The notes beneath the pieces were generated by a model. That model did not search any database. It saw only the letters and a program-made list of their open reading frames with translations, and had not been told where the DNA came from. Position numbers and translations under genes: made by a program. This document shows, in pieces, positions 15,997 through 23,660 of a stretch of DNA of 41,393 nt. The DNA comes from a virus, in the IMG/VR virus record IMGVR_UViG_3300045988_064381, positions 1-41,393 of that record, one strand, 5' to 3'. Numbering within the stretch: the stretch's first letter is position 1; each line of letters opens with the position of its first letter.

Positions 15997-16419
15997 ATGT
16001 TGTACAAAGAAATGAGCATATTTGATTTTGAACCGTGGAGTGGAGCAGTTAATACTTATGAGAGATTAAAGCGTGAGGATAAATTAGACGAGTTAGATAG
16101 CCTATTACCTGATATGTTTGGCAAAGATGCTGTTGAAGAAACTGAGCTAAATGATTTGTTATGGTTTGAGCCTGATACCGTGTATGAGCTTGTAGGCTTG
16201 CCTACAGAATCAGAGATTAGAGAGGATATTGAATATATTAACGAAAGAATAGAGGATGAGGAGAGTGCTATAAACGATTTAGAAATGGACATGACAGAAT
16301 ACGAAGAGGGCACAGGAAAATGGCAAGATATAGAAATTGAGATTTTTGAGAGATTGAAAGAAATAGAAAACTTGAAAGAGGAAAAACAAGAATTATTTTC
16401 AGAGCTTAACAGTTTATAA
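15997..16419 (+). CDS. Highly acidic hypothetical protein
   Basis: By my count about 44 of 140 residues are D/E against 13 K/R. It has a coiled-coil-like C-terminus and the motif FEPWSGAVNTYE. Confidence 0.65.
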   Translation: MLYKEMSIFDFEPWSGAVNTYERLKREDKLDELDSLLPDMFGKDAVEETELNDLLWFEPDTVYELVGLPTESEIREDIEYINERIEDEESAINDLEMDMTEYEEGTGKWQDIEIEIFERLKEIENLKEEKQELFSELNSL

Positions 16420-16432
16420 AAAGGTGGTTACA

Positions 16433-16792
16433 ATGTATTACGATTATTACAACGAAGTTAAAAACGATGTTATTGATTACATCAAAAATAATATTGATTT
16501 GTCAGAGTTTGATTCACTTGTAGATTTACAAGAATACTTATATGATGAGTTATTTGTAGAGGATAGTGTAACGGGTAACGGGTCCGGGAGTTATACAATG
16601 AGCAATCGAAAAGCGTGGGAATATGTTGGCGACAATTTGGATTTATTGGGGGATGCGTTGGAAGAGTTCGAAGAGGCAAGATATACATTATTACAAGGTG
16701 CAGAGGCGTGCGACGTTACTATTAGGTGTTATGTGTTGCCGGAGTGTATCGATAATGCACTAGATGAATTAATGGGAGAAAGTGAGGCGTAA
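16433..16792 (+). CDS. Acidic hypothetical protein
   Basis: ATG 16433 lies 5 nt after AAAGGTGG. By my count about 29 of 119 residues are D/E against 6 K/R. Motifs SVTGNGSGSYT and GAEACDVTIRCY are present. Confidence 0.6.
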   Translation: MYYDYYNEVKNDVIDYIKNNIDLSEFDSLVDLQEYLYDELFVEDSVTGNGSGSYTMSNRKAWEYVGDNLDLLGDALEEFEEARYTLLQGAEACDVTIRCYVLPECIDNALDELMGESEA

Positions 16793-16793
16793 C

Positions 16794-17096
16794 ATGTTAG
16801 AGTTCAGTAATATGATTGTGATAAACAGAAAACAGATCAAAATAATAAATAAGTATGAAGTTTGCCCGGTCGGGACTCAAAAATCATTTTATGGAAAAGC
16901 GAAAATATTGGAGCTAGCGAACGGGATGAAGATATTAAAAAGCTATGACACATTGATCTTGATCCAAGATGGTGACAGATTTATGAGGCTGTGGGATGGT
17001 TGGAGTGCTACAACAGGCAAGCACATATATTCATTCTGTGGAATACGTAAAAAGGATTTTGTCAAGCTAACATGTGATGAATGGTGTGAGGTGTAA
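16794..17096 (+). CDS. Hypothetical protein
   Basis: ATG 16794 follows GTGAGG. It carries the motif SFYGKAKILE...SYDTLI...WSATTGKHIYSF, for which I know no function. Confidence 0.55.
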   Translation: MLEFSNMIVINRKQIKIINKYEVCPVGTQKSFYGKAKILELANGMKILKSYDTLILIQDGDRFMRLWDGWSATTGKHIYSFCGIRKKDFVKLTCDEWCEV

Positions 17097-17098
17097 CA

Positions 17099-17392
17099 AT
17101 GATGGATGTTATAGATAAAATATATAGTGTGCTGTATGAAGTCGATAGGTGCAGAGGGTCATACTTTTGGCGTCCTGCCAGTAGTGCAAGCACAAGGCGA
17201 CACAATGAGCGAAAACATAATATAGAGCCTTTTGAATGGTCAGAGGGTGGGGACACTTACACAGCCGGGTTCATTTATGAAGAGAGTTGTAACAACGTAT
17301 ATGCTTATGGTGTCTATACAAAGAATGGCAATAAAACAACACTAACAGCCATCAAGAATAGTTTGAAGAGGATGGAAAAGAAAGGAATATAA
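17099..17392 (+). CDS. Hypothetical protein
   Basis: A 97-aa ORF immediately after the previous stop. Confidence 0.55.
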   Translation: MMDVIDKIYSVLYEVDRCRGSYFWRPASSASTRRHNERKHNIEPFEWSEGGDTYTAGFIYEESCNNVYAYGVYTKNGNKTTLTAIKNSLKRMEKKGI

Positions 17393-17396
17393 AGAG

Positions 17397-17957
17397 ATGG
17401 GAACGATTAATCTAGCAAGAGGAAATATAATTACATTAGGGTATGTCACGGACGAATATATATCAGATGATGAGTTGAGGGAATGGGCTACAGAGGAGTT
17501 TGGAATAAATGAGTATTTACAAGAGTTATATACATTAGAGGGTTATATTAAGCTTAGAGCTCAAGAGGCGTACAGTGAAATGATATTTGATTGGGAATAT
17601 GATTGCGCTAGCGAGTGCAAGAGTGCAATAGATAGGCTAATACTATCTACTGATTGGATAGGCGTGAGGGTCGAACCCGGATATTATAGCGGGTTTTCGG
17701 TAGTAGTTAATATTGAACCAAGGGAGTATTTTGATGATTACAATGAAAAAGAAATGGCGATGGATGACGTGAAAGACGTTCAAAAATTATTAGAAAAGTT
17801 ACTTGATAATTACGGCGTAAATGTTGTATATCCCGGTTGGGTTGAAACATGGCTAAATTATGAGGAATCAAAGAAAGCTATTAAAAAGGCGATGGCTGAA
17901 TTAAGGCGTCAAATAAAGGCGATTCCGTGTTGGTCAAGATATAGAAAGGTGGTTTAA
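17397..17957 (+). CDS. Hypothetical protein
   Basis: A 186-aa ORF, tightly packed. Confidence 0.6.
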   Translation: MGTINLARGNIITLGYVTDEYISDDELREWATEEFGINEYLQELYTLEGYIKLRAQEAYSEMIFDWEYDCASECKSAIDRLILSTDWIGVRVEPGYYSGFSVVVNIEPREYFDDYNEKEMAMDDVKDVQKLLEKLLDNYGVNVVYPGWVETWLNYEESKKAIKKAMAELRRQIKAIPCWSRYRKVV

Positions 17958-17958
17958 A

Positions 17959-18537
17959 ATGGTTACAAAAGGCTATTTAATTAGAGGTGCATACCACTAT
18001 GACGATGAACGATATCATAGAAATAAAGAAAGTTTTGAGCCATCACACTACAACGATTTTACGGGTTACCGTGAGGGCGATGGTGTGCGAATAATTAGGG
18101 TGTTGAATAGTGATATACTAGGTACAAACGATTACAACATTGTTATAATTGCAAGAGAAACAGCAACGCAGTGCGATGATGAGATGTTTGGTCAGTGGTC
18201 TGATGGTATATTTGAAAATTGTAATGTTGAATCGCCTACAGAGTTAGGAGCAGAAGAGACACAAAAATATATTGAGATGTTTGATTCATACAATCGCAAT
18301 AGGTTTGTGGATGTCTCAAATTGTAATAAAATGATGGATAGCTTAGACGGTCTCAAAGAGCTGATCACATCCTTATCGCTTGAGCTAATAAACAATATCG
18401 GCAAAGAATACGGCGAACATTATCGTGGACAGCTTAGCACATTGTTGCAAGATGTGGGCGACATCTTATATAATATTCGTGAGGTAGCTACAAGACAAAG
18501 AGACAATACAAATTATATTAGTCAAAGGAGTGTTTAG
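17959..18537 (+). CDS. Hypothetical protein
   Basis: A 192-aa ORF with a GGTGG RBS. Confidence 0.6.
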   Translation: MVTKGYLIRGAYHYDDERYHRNKESFEPSHYNDFTGYREGDGVRIIRVLNSDILGTNDYNIVIIARETATQCDDEMFGQWSDGIFENCNVESPTELGAEETQKYIEMFDSYNRNRFVDVSNCNKMMDSLDGLKELITSLSLELINNIGKEYGEHYRGQLSTLLQDVGDILYNIREVATRQRDNTNYISQRSV

Positions 18538-18538
18538 A

Positions 18539-18604
18539 ATGATACTACTAGCAATCATATTATTTCCAATAGCTTTATTACTGGATTTAGCGAAAAAATC
18601 ATAA
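18539..18604 (+). CDS. Possible 21-aa hydrophobic peptide
   Basis: AAGGAG (18525-18530) lies 8 nt upstream of the ATG. The product is MILLAIILFPIALLLDLAKKS. It ends 6 nt before the terminator. Confidence 0.3.
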   Translation: MILLAIILFPIALLLDLAKKS

Positions 18605-18610
18605 CAGTGT

Positions 18611-18636
18611 ACCACCCTCTAAAGGGTGGTTTTTTA
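18611..18636 (+). terminator. Intrinsic terminator ending the island operon
   Basis: accaccc tctaaa gggtggt followed by TTTTTT. Confidence 0.85.
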
Positions 18637-18678
18637 GTGCTCAGATTTATACATTTACTTAATGGGTGTAGCTGTAGA

Positions 18679-18696
18679 ATCTAATCTTGATTAGAT
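18679..18696. repeat. Perfect 18-bp palindrome ATCTAATC-TT-GATTAGAT in a locally GC-richer non-coding stretch
   Basis: Read directly from the sequence. GGGTATACCC (18704-18713) and several GGGG/CCCC stems follow. Confidence 0.8.
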
Positions 18697-18814
18697 GTAT
18701 AAAGGGTATACCCGTGGGGGATAGCTGCCCCGGTCAGCCACCTCGGGTTAGTTGCTTAAATTCCCCAAAAAATTAAAAAGGCTTATAAAAGATAAATTTA
18801 CAACACATTTAGTA

Positions 18815-18843
18815 TTGACATAATATCATCATAGTGCTATACT
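18815..18843 (+). promoter_or_regulatory. Near-consensus sigma70 promoter with an extended -10
   Basis: TTGACA, a 17-nt spacer ending in TGc, then TATACT. AGAGAGGTG RBS and ATG 18866 follow. Confidence 0.7.
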
Positions 18844-18865
18844 ACACATAAAGAGAGGTGAAAAC

Positions 18866-19075
18866 ATGATATTAAACAACATAGAACTAGATGTAAAGGT
18901 CAAATGCTTAGAGGCAGATATGACCCAAGAAGATTTGGGGTCAGCCATTGGTACAACAGGTCAGTATATCAATCGAATCATCAAGCAAAAGAAAGACGGA
19001 ATCGTCAATAAGACTTTTGTATCGATGTTAGAGGCATTAGGATATGATATTGAGTTGACATATATAAAGCGATAA
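18866..19075 (+). CDS. XRE-family HTH protein
   Basis: MTQEDLGSAIGTTGQYINRIIKQK is an HTH segment. The C-terminal LEALGYDIELTYIKR parallels ADALDCDIKITWIDR of the 15565-15780 protein. Confidence 0.8.
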   Translation: MILNNIELDVKVKCLEADMTQEDLGSAIGTTGQYINRIIKQKKDGIVNKTFVSMLEALGYDIELTYIKR

Positions 19076-19118
19076 GGTGCAAATATTTTTGCATATAGTG
19101 AAGAGGGGGTGTATTCCT

Positions 19119-19868
19119 ATGAAGAAAGCGATAGCGTATATAAGAGTATCTACAGAGGGTCAGTTTGGTGATGATAAGTACGGTGTTGATTCTCAGAAAC
19201 AGGCGATTTTGGATTTTGCGAACGAGCAGGGTTATCAGATACAGAATTGGTATATTGATAAAATTAGTGGTACGACTGAGGAGAGACCTGAACTTGATAA
19301 GATTCTGTATAGACCTGATGAATTGCCACAGCATGAGGCAGTGATTGTGTTTAAGAGCGACAGAATCGCTAGAGATACTAAATTATATTTCTATTACTTT
19401 TACACCCTCGAAAAGCGTAATATTAAGCTCTTATCGTCGGTTGAGCAGTTTGATGAGGGTAATGATTTTGCGAATATCTATAGGTCGCTACTGATGTTTG
19501 TGGCAGAACAGGAGCGTAAAAATATTGCTCTAAGAACTAGCAAGGGGCGTCAGCTAAAGGCTCAGTGTGGGGGATATTCAGGTGGAAATAAGCCATATGG
19601 ATATAGTGTGCTAGATGGGGTGTTGACCATTAACCCAAGTGAGCGAGGGGTAGTAGAACTTATTTTTAAGAACAAGTCATTGCCATTATCTGATATTTGT
19701 GATATATTACAGGAGAATGGATATAAAACCCGTAAGGATAAGAGATTCCAACCATCCACGGTTAGAAGTATCTTGCAGAATGAGAAATTTTATCAGGGTT
19801 TTTACAAGTATGGTGGCTCGAATTGGGTCAAAGGGGTGCATACCCCGATATTGATGGGGGCGTGCTAA
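19119..19868 (+). CDS. Truncated large-serine-recombinase homolog: catalytic and recombinase domains only, no zinc ribbon or coiled coil
   Basis: AIAYIRVSTEGQ carries the catalytic Ser motif, and a recombinase-domain segment GGNKPYGY...FQPSTVRSILQNEKFYQG follows. The ORF stops after GVHTPILMGAC, where full-length enzymes such as 38067..39602 continue for about 250 aa more. Confidence 0.75.
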   Translation: MKKAIAYIRVSTEGQFGDDKYGVDSQKQAILDFANEQGYQIQNWYIDKISGTTEERPELDKILYRPDELPQHEAVIVFKSDRIARDTKLYFYYFYTLEKRNIKLLSSVEQFDEGNDFANIYRSLLMFVAEQERKNIALRTSKGRQLKAQCGGYSGGNKPYGYSVLDGVLTINPSERGVVELIFKNKSLPLSDICDILQENGYKTRKDKRFQPSTVRSILQNEKFYQGFYKYGGSNWVKGVHTPILMGAC

Positions 19869-20312
19869 ATGTCAAGGTCAAAGAAAATTGCGAATATAAT
19901 TGGTATCATTTTCGCCATTATTATTGTAGTGGGTCTTATAGGTTGTATCACCATTAGTTTTTTGGGAGAGAGTGGGTTTATAAAAGCACCCACGCCCGAT
20001 ATAGATACAATCAATGCAATCGATATCATGGATAAATATGCTGAAAATCAATATAATGCTGAGAAGTTATATAACGACGAGCGATTTAGGACAACAGCCA
20101 CTATTGAAAATATCGGTGGGGATATAAACATCGTTGGTGGAATAGAGTTGACTATGATTGCTGAAAAAGACGGTAGAACTGAGCAATTCTATGCGTATTT
20201 TAGAGATAATCAACGAGATGAAATAGCAAAATTAAAGGTGGGGGATAAACTTACATTTGATGGGACTATTTTGAACGGTAAGATTTGGAAAGAGTGTAGT
20301 ATAGTAAAATAA
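19869..20312 (+). CDS. Predicted lipoprotein with an OB-fold (tRNA_anti-like) ectodomain; superinfection-exclusion candidate
   Basis: The N-terminal hydrophobic segment ends in a lipobox-like LIGC. The pattern YNAEKLYNDERF...KLKVGDKLTFDGTILNG...ECSIV resembles tRNA_anti-like OB-fold proteins from memory. Confidence 0.55.
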   Translation: MSRSKKIANIIGIIFAIIIVVGLIGCITISFLGESGFIKAPTPDIDTINAIDIMDKYAENQYNAEKLYNDERFRTTATIENIGGDINIVGGIELTMIAEKDGRTEQFYAYFRDNQRDEIAKLKVGDKLTFDGTILNGKIWKECSIVK

Positions 20313-20331
20313 TATAAGAAGTTTAGATTAG

Positions 20332-20368
20332 GGGCGTTATCGCATAAGCGATAGCGTCTTTTTCTTTT
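20332..20368 (+). terminator. Intrinsic terminator immediately upstream of terL
   Basis: The imperfect stem gggcgttatcgc / gcgatagcgtc is followed by TTTTTCTTTT. Confidence 0.6.
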
Positions 20369-20377
20369 GGGGGTTAA

Positions 20378-22015
20378 ATGGGGATATTAGGTAAAATTAA
20401 GAAAGAGATTGAAGTAAATCCTGAAAATGTACAAGCATATGAAGATTATTACTATATATGCAAAGAGGATATATTTAAAGATAAAGAGGGTGTGATTTCT
20501 AAGCTCAAATGGTTATCAGATGAGATTGAAAAGAATATAAGCGAGATTGCCGATAATGAGGAAATGCTCAGATTGTATCGCATACATAAGCGAGTATTGT
20601 TGGTATTAGCACCTTGGGATTTTGAAAGCTACATGTTATATGTGGAATGGGAGCGTGACCCGGATAAAAAGTTTTACATACCAAGGCGTAAGGCATTACA
20701 TGACGTGGTGAAGTCATTACAAGATTTGGCAGATGATAAGTTAGATATATTGTCAATCAGTTTACCACCGGGCGTTGGGAAGAGTACACTTGCAATATTT
20801 TATTTAACATGGATAGCTGGTCGAGAACCCAATAAGCCGTCTCTAATCGGTTCACATTCCAATTCGTTCATTCGAGGTGCTTATGATGAGTGTTTGCGAA
20901 TATTAGATCCATCAGGGGAATATTTATGGAGCGATGTGTTTTCGGGTTTATCAGTCACTAGCACTAATGCCAAGGATTGTCGAATCGATATTGATAGACG
21001 ACAAAGATTTGAGACATTGGAGTTTACATCGGTCGGCACGGGTAATGCTGGATTGTATAGAGCAATGAGCCTATTATATTGTGACGATCTTGTATCGGGA
21101 CTAGAAGTAGCACTATCGAAAGAGCGATTGGATAAGTTGTGGGGAGTATACACAACCGACCTTAGACAGCGAAAGCAAGGTAGTAAGTGTAAGGAGCTAC
21201 ATATCGCTACAAGATGGTCAGTGCACGATGTTATAGGACGACTAGAGCGTGAATATGGGGGTAACGAGCGAGCAAAATTCATACGAGTTCCTGCTATGGA
21301 TGAGAATGATGAATCTAATTTTTTCTATCCATACGATGTTGGATTTACCACAGAGCAATATCGAGAGCAACGAGAAATCATGGATGAGGCGTCATGGAAA
21401 GCTGTATACATGAATGAACCTATTGAGCGAGAGGGTCTATTGTACAATGAAGAGGAGCTAAGGCGATACTTTGAATTACCTGATGGCGAACCCGACGCAA
21501 TTATAGGAGTATGCGATACGAAAGATAAGGGTAAGGACTATGCGTTTTTGCCAGTTGGATATAAATTTGGAAATGATTACTATATTGAGGATTGTGTATG
21601 TGACAACAGCCTACCACATATTGTAGACGCTCGGCTAGTTGCAGTATTGATGATTAACGATGTTCAGATGTGTCGGTTCGAGAGTAATTCAGCTGGGGGG
21701 AGAATAGCTGAGAAAGTAAATAAGGAGATAAAAGAGAGAGGTGGTAATACTCGAATCACCACGAAATATACCACAGCAAACAAAGAAACCAAAATCATAG
21801 TTAATAGTGGTTGGGTCAAAGAGCATTGCCTATTTAAAGATAAGAGTATGTATAAGCGACAGAGTGACTATGGCAAAATGATGGATATGCTATGCTCTTA
21901 TACGGTGGTAGGTAAAAATACACATGACGACGTACCTGATGGAATGGCAATGTTTTCGGAGTTCGCCCAATCTATCACAAATGGTAAGATTGAAGTATTT
22001 GGGCGTCCAATTTAA
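20378..22015 (+). CDS. terL: Terminase large subunit
   Basis: The Walker A-like LPPGVGKST, its size (545 aa) and its position before the portal gene support this call. Confidence 0.9.
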   Translation: MGILGKIKKEIEVNPENVQAYEDYYYICKEDIFKDKEGVISKLKWLSDEIEKNISEIADNEEMLRLYRIHKRVLLVLAPWDFESYMLYVEWERDPDKKFYIPRRKALHDVVKSLQDLADDKLDILSISLPPGVGKSTLAIFYLTWIAGREPNKPSLIGSHSNSFIRGAYDECLRILDPSGEYLWSDVFSGLSVTSTNAKDCRIDIDRRQRFETLEFTSVGTGNAGLYRAMSLLYCDDLVSGLEVALSKERLDKLWGVYTTDLRQRKQGSKCKELHIATRWSVHDVIGRLEREYGGNERAKFIRVPAMDENDESNFFYPYDVGFTTEQYREQREIMDEASWKAVYMNEPIEREGLLYNEEELRRYFELPDGEPDAIIGVCDTKDKGKDYAFLPVGYKFGNDYYIEDCVCDNSLPHIVDARLVAVLMINDVQMCRFESNSAGGRIAEKVNKEIKERGGNTRITTKYTTANKETKIIVNSGWVKEHCLFKDKSMYKRQSDYGKMMDMLCSYTVVGKNTHDDVPDGMAMFSEFAQSITNGKIEVFGRPI

Positions 22016-22038
22016 TACCATATATAGAATTTAAAATA

Positions 22039-22067
22039 TTGACAGATACTATATATTGTGGTATACT
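22039..22067 (+). promoter_or_regulatory. Near-consensus sigma70 promoter with an extended -10 between terL and the portal gene
   Basis: TTGACA (22039-22044), a 17-nt spacer ending in TGg, then TATACT (22062-22067). Confidence 0.65.
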
Positions 22068-22073
22068 ATACTT

Positions 22074-22147
22074 ATAAAAGGTCGGTCAAGGTTCAGAATG
22101 GTGCATAATTGCAAGTGATTACTTGTAGTTATGCACTATTTTTATTT
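22074..22147 (+). ncRNA. Candidate short terminated transcript (about 70 nt) from the 22039 promoter
   Basis: A promoter is followed about 30 nt later by a 16-bp hairpin and a U tract. No ORF lies in between. Confidence 0.35.
22101..22147 (+). terminator. Strong intrinsic terminator hairpin
   Basis: gtgcataattgcaagt gatt acttgtagttatgcac forms 16 pairs, including two G-U pairs in RNA. TATTTTTATTT follows. Confidence 0.7.
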
Positions 22148-22164
22148 GATAAGAGAGGGTAAAG

Positions 22165-23613
22165 TTGGCACACGAAATAGATACATCTAAGCCTAGACTA
22201 GAGGCAAAACAATTAAATGGTAGACGTGTCATTAAAGTAGGTGCGTCAAAGGTTACGAGCGATAATGTGCTTAGTATTTTGGAAAAGGTTGAAATTGACC
22301 ACGATTTGAATCGTAGCGAGATTGACTATCTATACAAATACTATAAAGGCGACCAACCAATTAGATATAGACATAAGGAAATCCGTGAGGATATTTGTAA
22401 CAAGATTGTTGAAAATAGAGCGAATGAAATCGTGGCATTTAAGGTCGGCTATCTTTGTGGTGAGCCCATTCAATATGTTAGCAGAAATGGTGGCGAAACA
22501 GTTGTCGAAGAGATTAACAGACTGAACGAGTTGATGTTCGCTGAGGATAAGGCAAGCCAAGATCAAGAGCTTGTTGAGTGGCAGATGATTTGTGGCACAG
22601 CATACAGATTGGTGTTGGCAGATAAACCCGAGGAAGTCGATGACAGCCCATTTGAGATGTACACATTAGACCCTAGAGATACATATGTTGTTTACTCGAA
22701 TGAAATTGGCGATAAGCCATTGCTAGCTGTTAAAGAGCGTGTCGATGAGGATGGTAGAGTATTCAAATCGGTCTATACCGACACAGATTATTATAGGATT
22801 TGTGATGGTGAAATTATCGAATCGAAAAAGCACATACTTGGGATGATTCCAATATTTGAGTACCCTGCTAACAATTCAAGGTTGGGTGCATTTGAAATCG
22901 TGCTACCACTATTGGACGCAATAAACACAGTCGATAGCAATCGTATGGATGGAGTGGAGCAGTTTGTACAAGCATACTGGAAGTTTGTAGGGTGTGATAT
23001 AGATATCGATGACTTTAAGAAATTCCTCGAGGCGGGTGCGATTAAGATTCCACCTAATAGTCAAGGTGGAAATATAGATGTTGACCTTATTGTAAAAGAG
23101 TTAAATCAAGTACAAGTACAGACTTTGAAGAATGATATGTATCAGTCGGTACTCACAATATGTGGTATGCCTAATCGTAATGGTGGCACATCCACAAGTG
23201 ATACAGGGTCGGCAGTTGTGTTACGAGATGGTTGGTCGGACGCTGAGGCGAGAGCTAAAGACAGTGAGAATGTATTTAAGCGTTCAGAGAAACGAATGTT
23301 GAAGTTAGTTCTCAAAATTTGTCGAGATATGGGTGGTATGACACTCAGATTGAAAGATATAGACATGCGATTCACACGTCGAAACTATGAGGCAGTACAG
23401 AGCAAGTCACAGGTGCTAATCTCAATGTTAAATAACAAGATGATTCACCCACAGCTAGCATTTTCTCACAGTGGCTTGTTTACCGATAGCGAATCGGCAT
23501 ACACAATGAGCATGGACTATTACAATCAACATAAAGACGATGAAACGGAAACCACCGTTTTAGATAGTGACATCAGAGAAGATGTAAAAACACAAAATAC
23601 TACAGAGAAGTAA
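22165..23613 (+). CDS. Portal protein (SPP1 gp6-like), TTG start
   Basis: It is 482 aa and follows terL. YLYKYYKGDQPI is a typical portal N-terminal motif. AGAGAGGG RBS. Confidence 0.85.
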   Translation: MAHEIDTSKPRLEAKQLNGRRVIKVGASKVTSDNVLSILEKVEIDHDLNRSEIDYLYKYYKGDQPIRYRHKEIREDICNKIVENRANEIVAFKVGYLCGEPIQYVSRNGGETVVEEINRLNELMFAEDKASQDQELVEWQMICGTAYRLVLADKPEEVDDSPFEMYTLDPRDTYVVYSNEIGDKPLLAVKERVDEDGRVFKSVYTDTDYYRICDGEIIESKKHILGMIPIFEYPANNSRLGAFEIVLPLLDAINTVDSNRMDGVEQFVQAYWKFVGCDIDIDDFKKFLEAGAIKIPPNSQGGNIDVDLIVKELNQVQVQTLKNDMYQSVLTICGMPNRNGGTSTSDTGSAVVLRDGWSDAEARAKDSENVFKRSEKRMLKLVLKICRDMGGMTLRLKDIDMRFTRRNYEAVQSKSQVLISMLNNKMIHPQLAFSHSGLFTDSESAYTMSMDYYNQHKDDETETTVLDSDIREDVKTQNTTEK

Positions 23614-23647
23614 AAACACAAAGAATCAGAGAAGATGTAAAAACACA
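23572..23647 (+). repeat. Three tandem copies of a unit of about 26 nt across the portal stop codon
   Basis: ATCAGAGAAGATGTAAAAACACA is exact at 23572-23594 and 23625-23647. A middle copy, CAGAGAAG-TAAAAACACA (23603-23620), lacks ATG and supplies the portal TAA. Confidence 0.85.
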
Positions 23648-23660
23648 GAAAGAGGGTATT

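Larger units (their letters stand above)
15316..20377. other. Accessory island separating terS from terL
   Basis: It has its own consensus promoters, three intrinsic terminators, two XRE HTH genes, a truncated serine recombinase and a lipoprotein. No ORF has a recognisable virion or packaging function. Confidence 0.65.

Noticed and set aside
18663-18760. A GC-richer structured stretch, considered as a tRNA or tRNA fragment.
   Set aside because: I could find no cloverleaf, no GTTCRANYC-type T-loop and no acceptor-stem pairing. It is kept only as a protein-site or structured-RNA candidate.
20339-20350. TTATGCGA on the minus strand at the right edge of the island matches TTATGCGACTAT at the left edge (15357, 15449). 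This was considered as terminal inverted repeats of the island.
   Set aside because: Only 8 nt match, which is expected by chance about once in a genome of this size. The right copy is part of a terminator stem.
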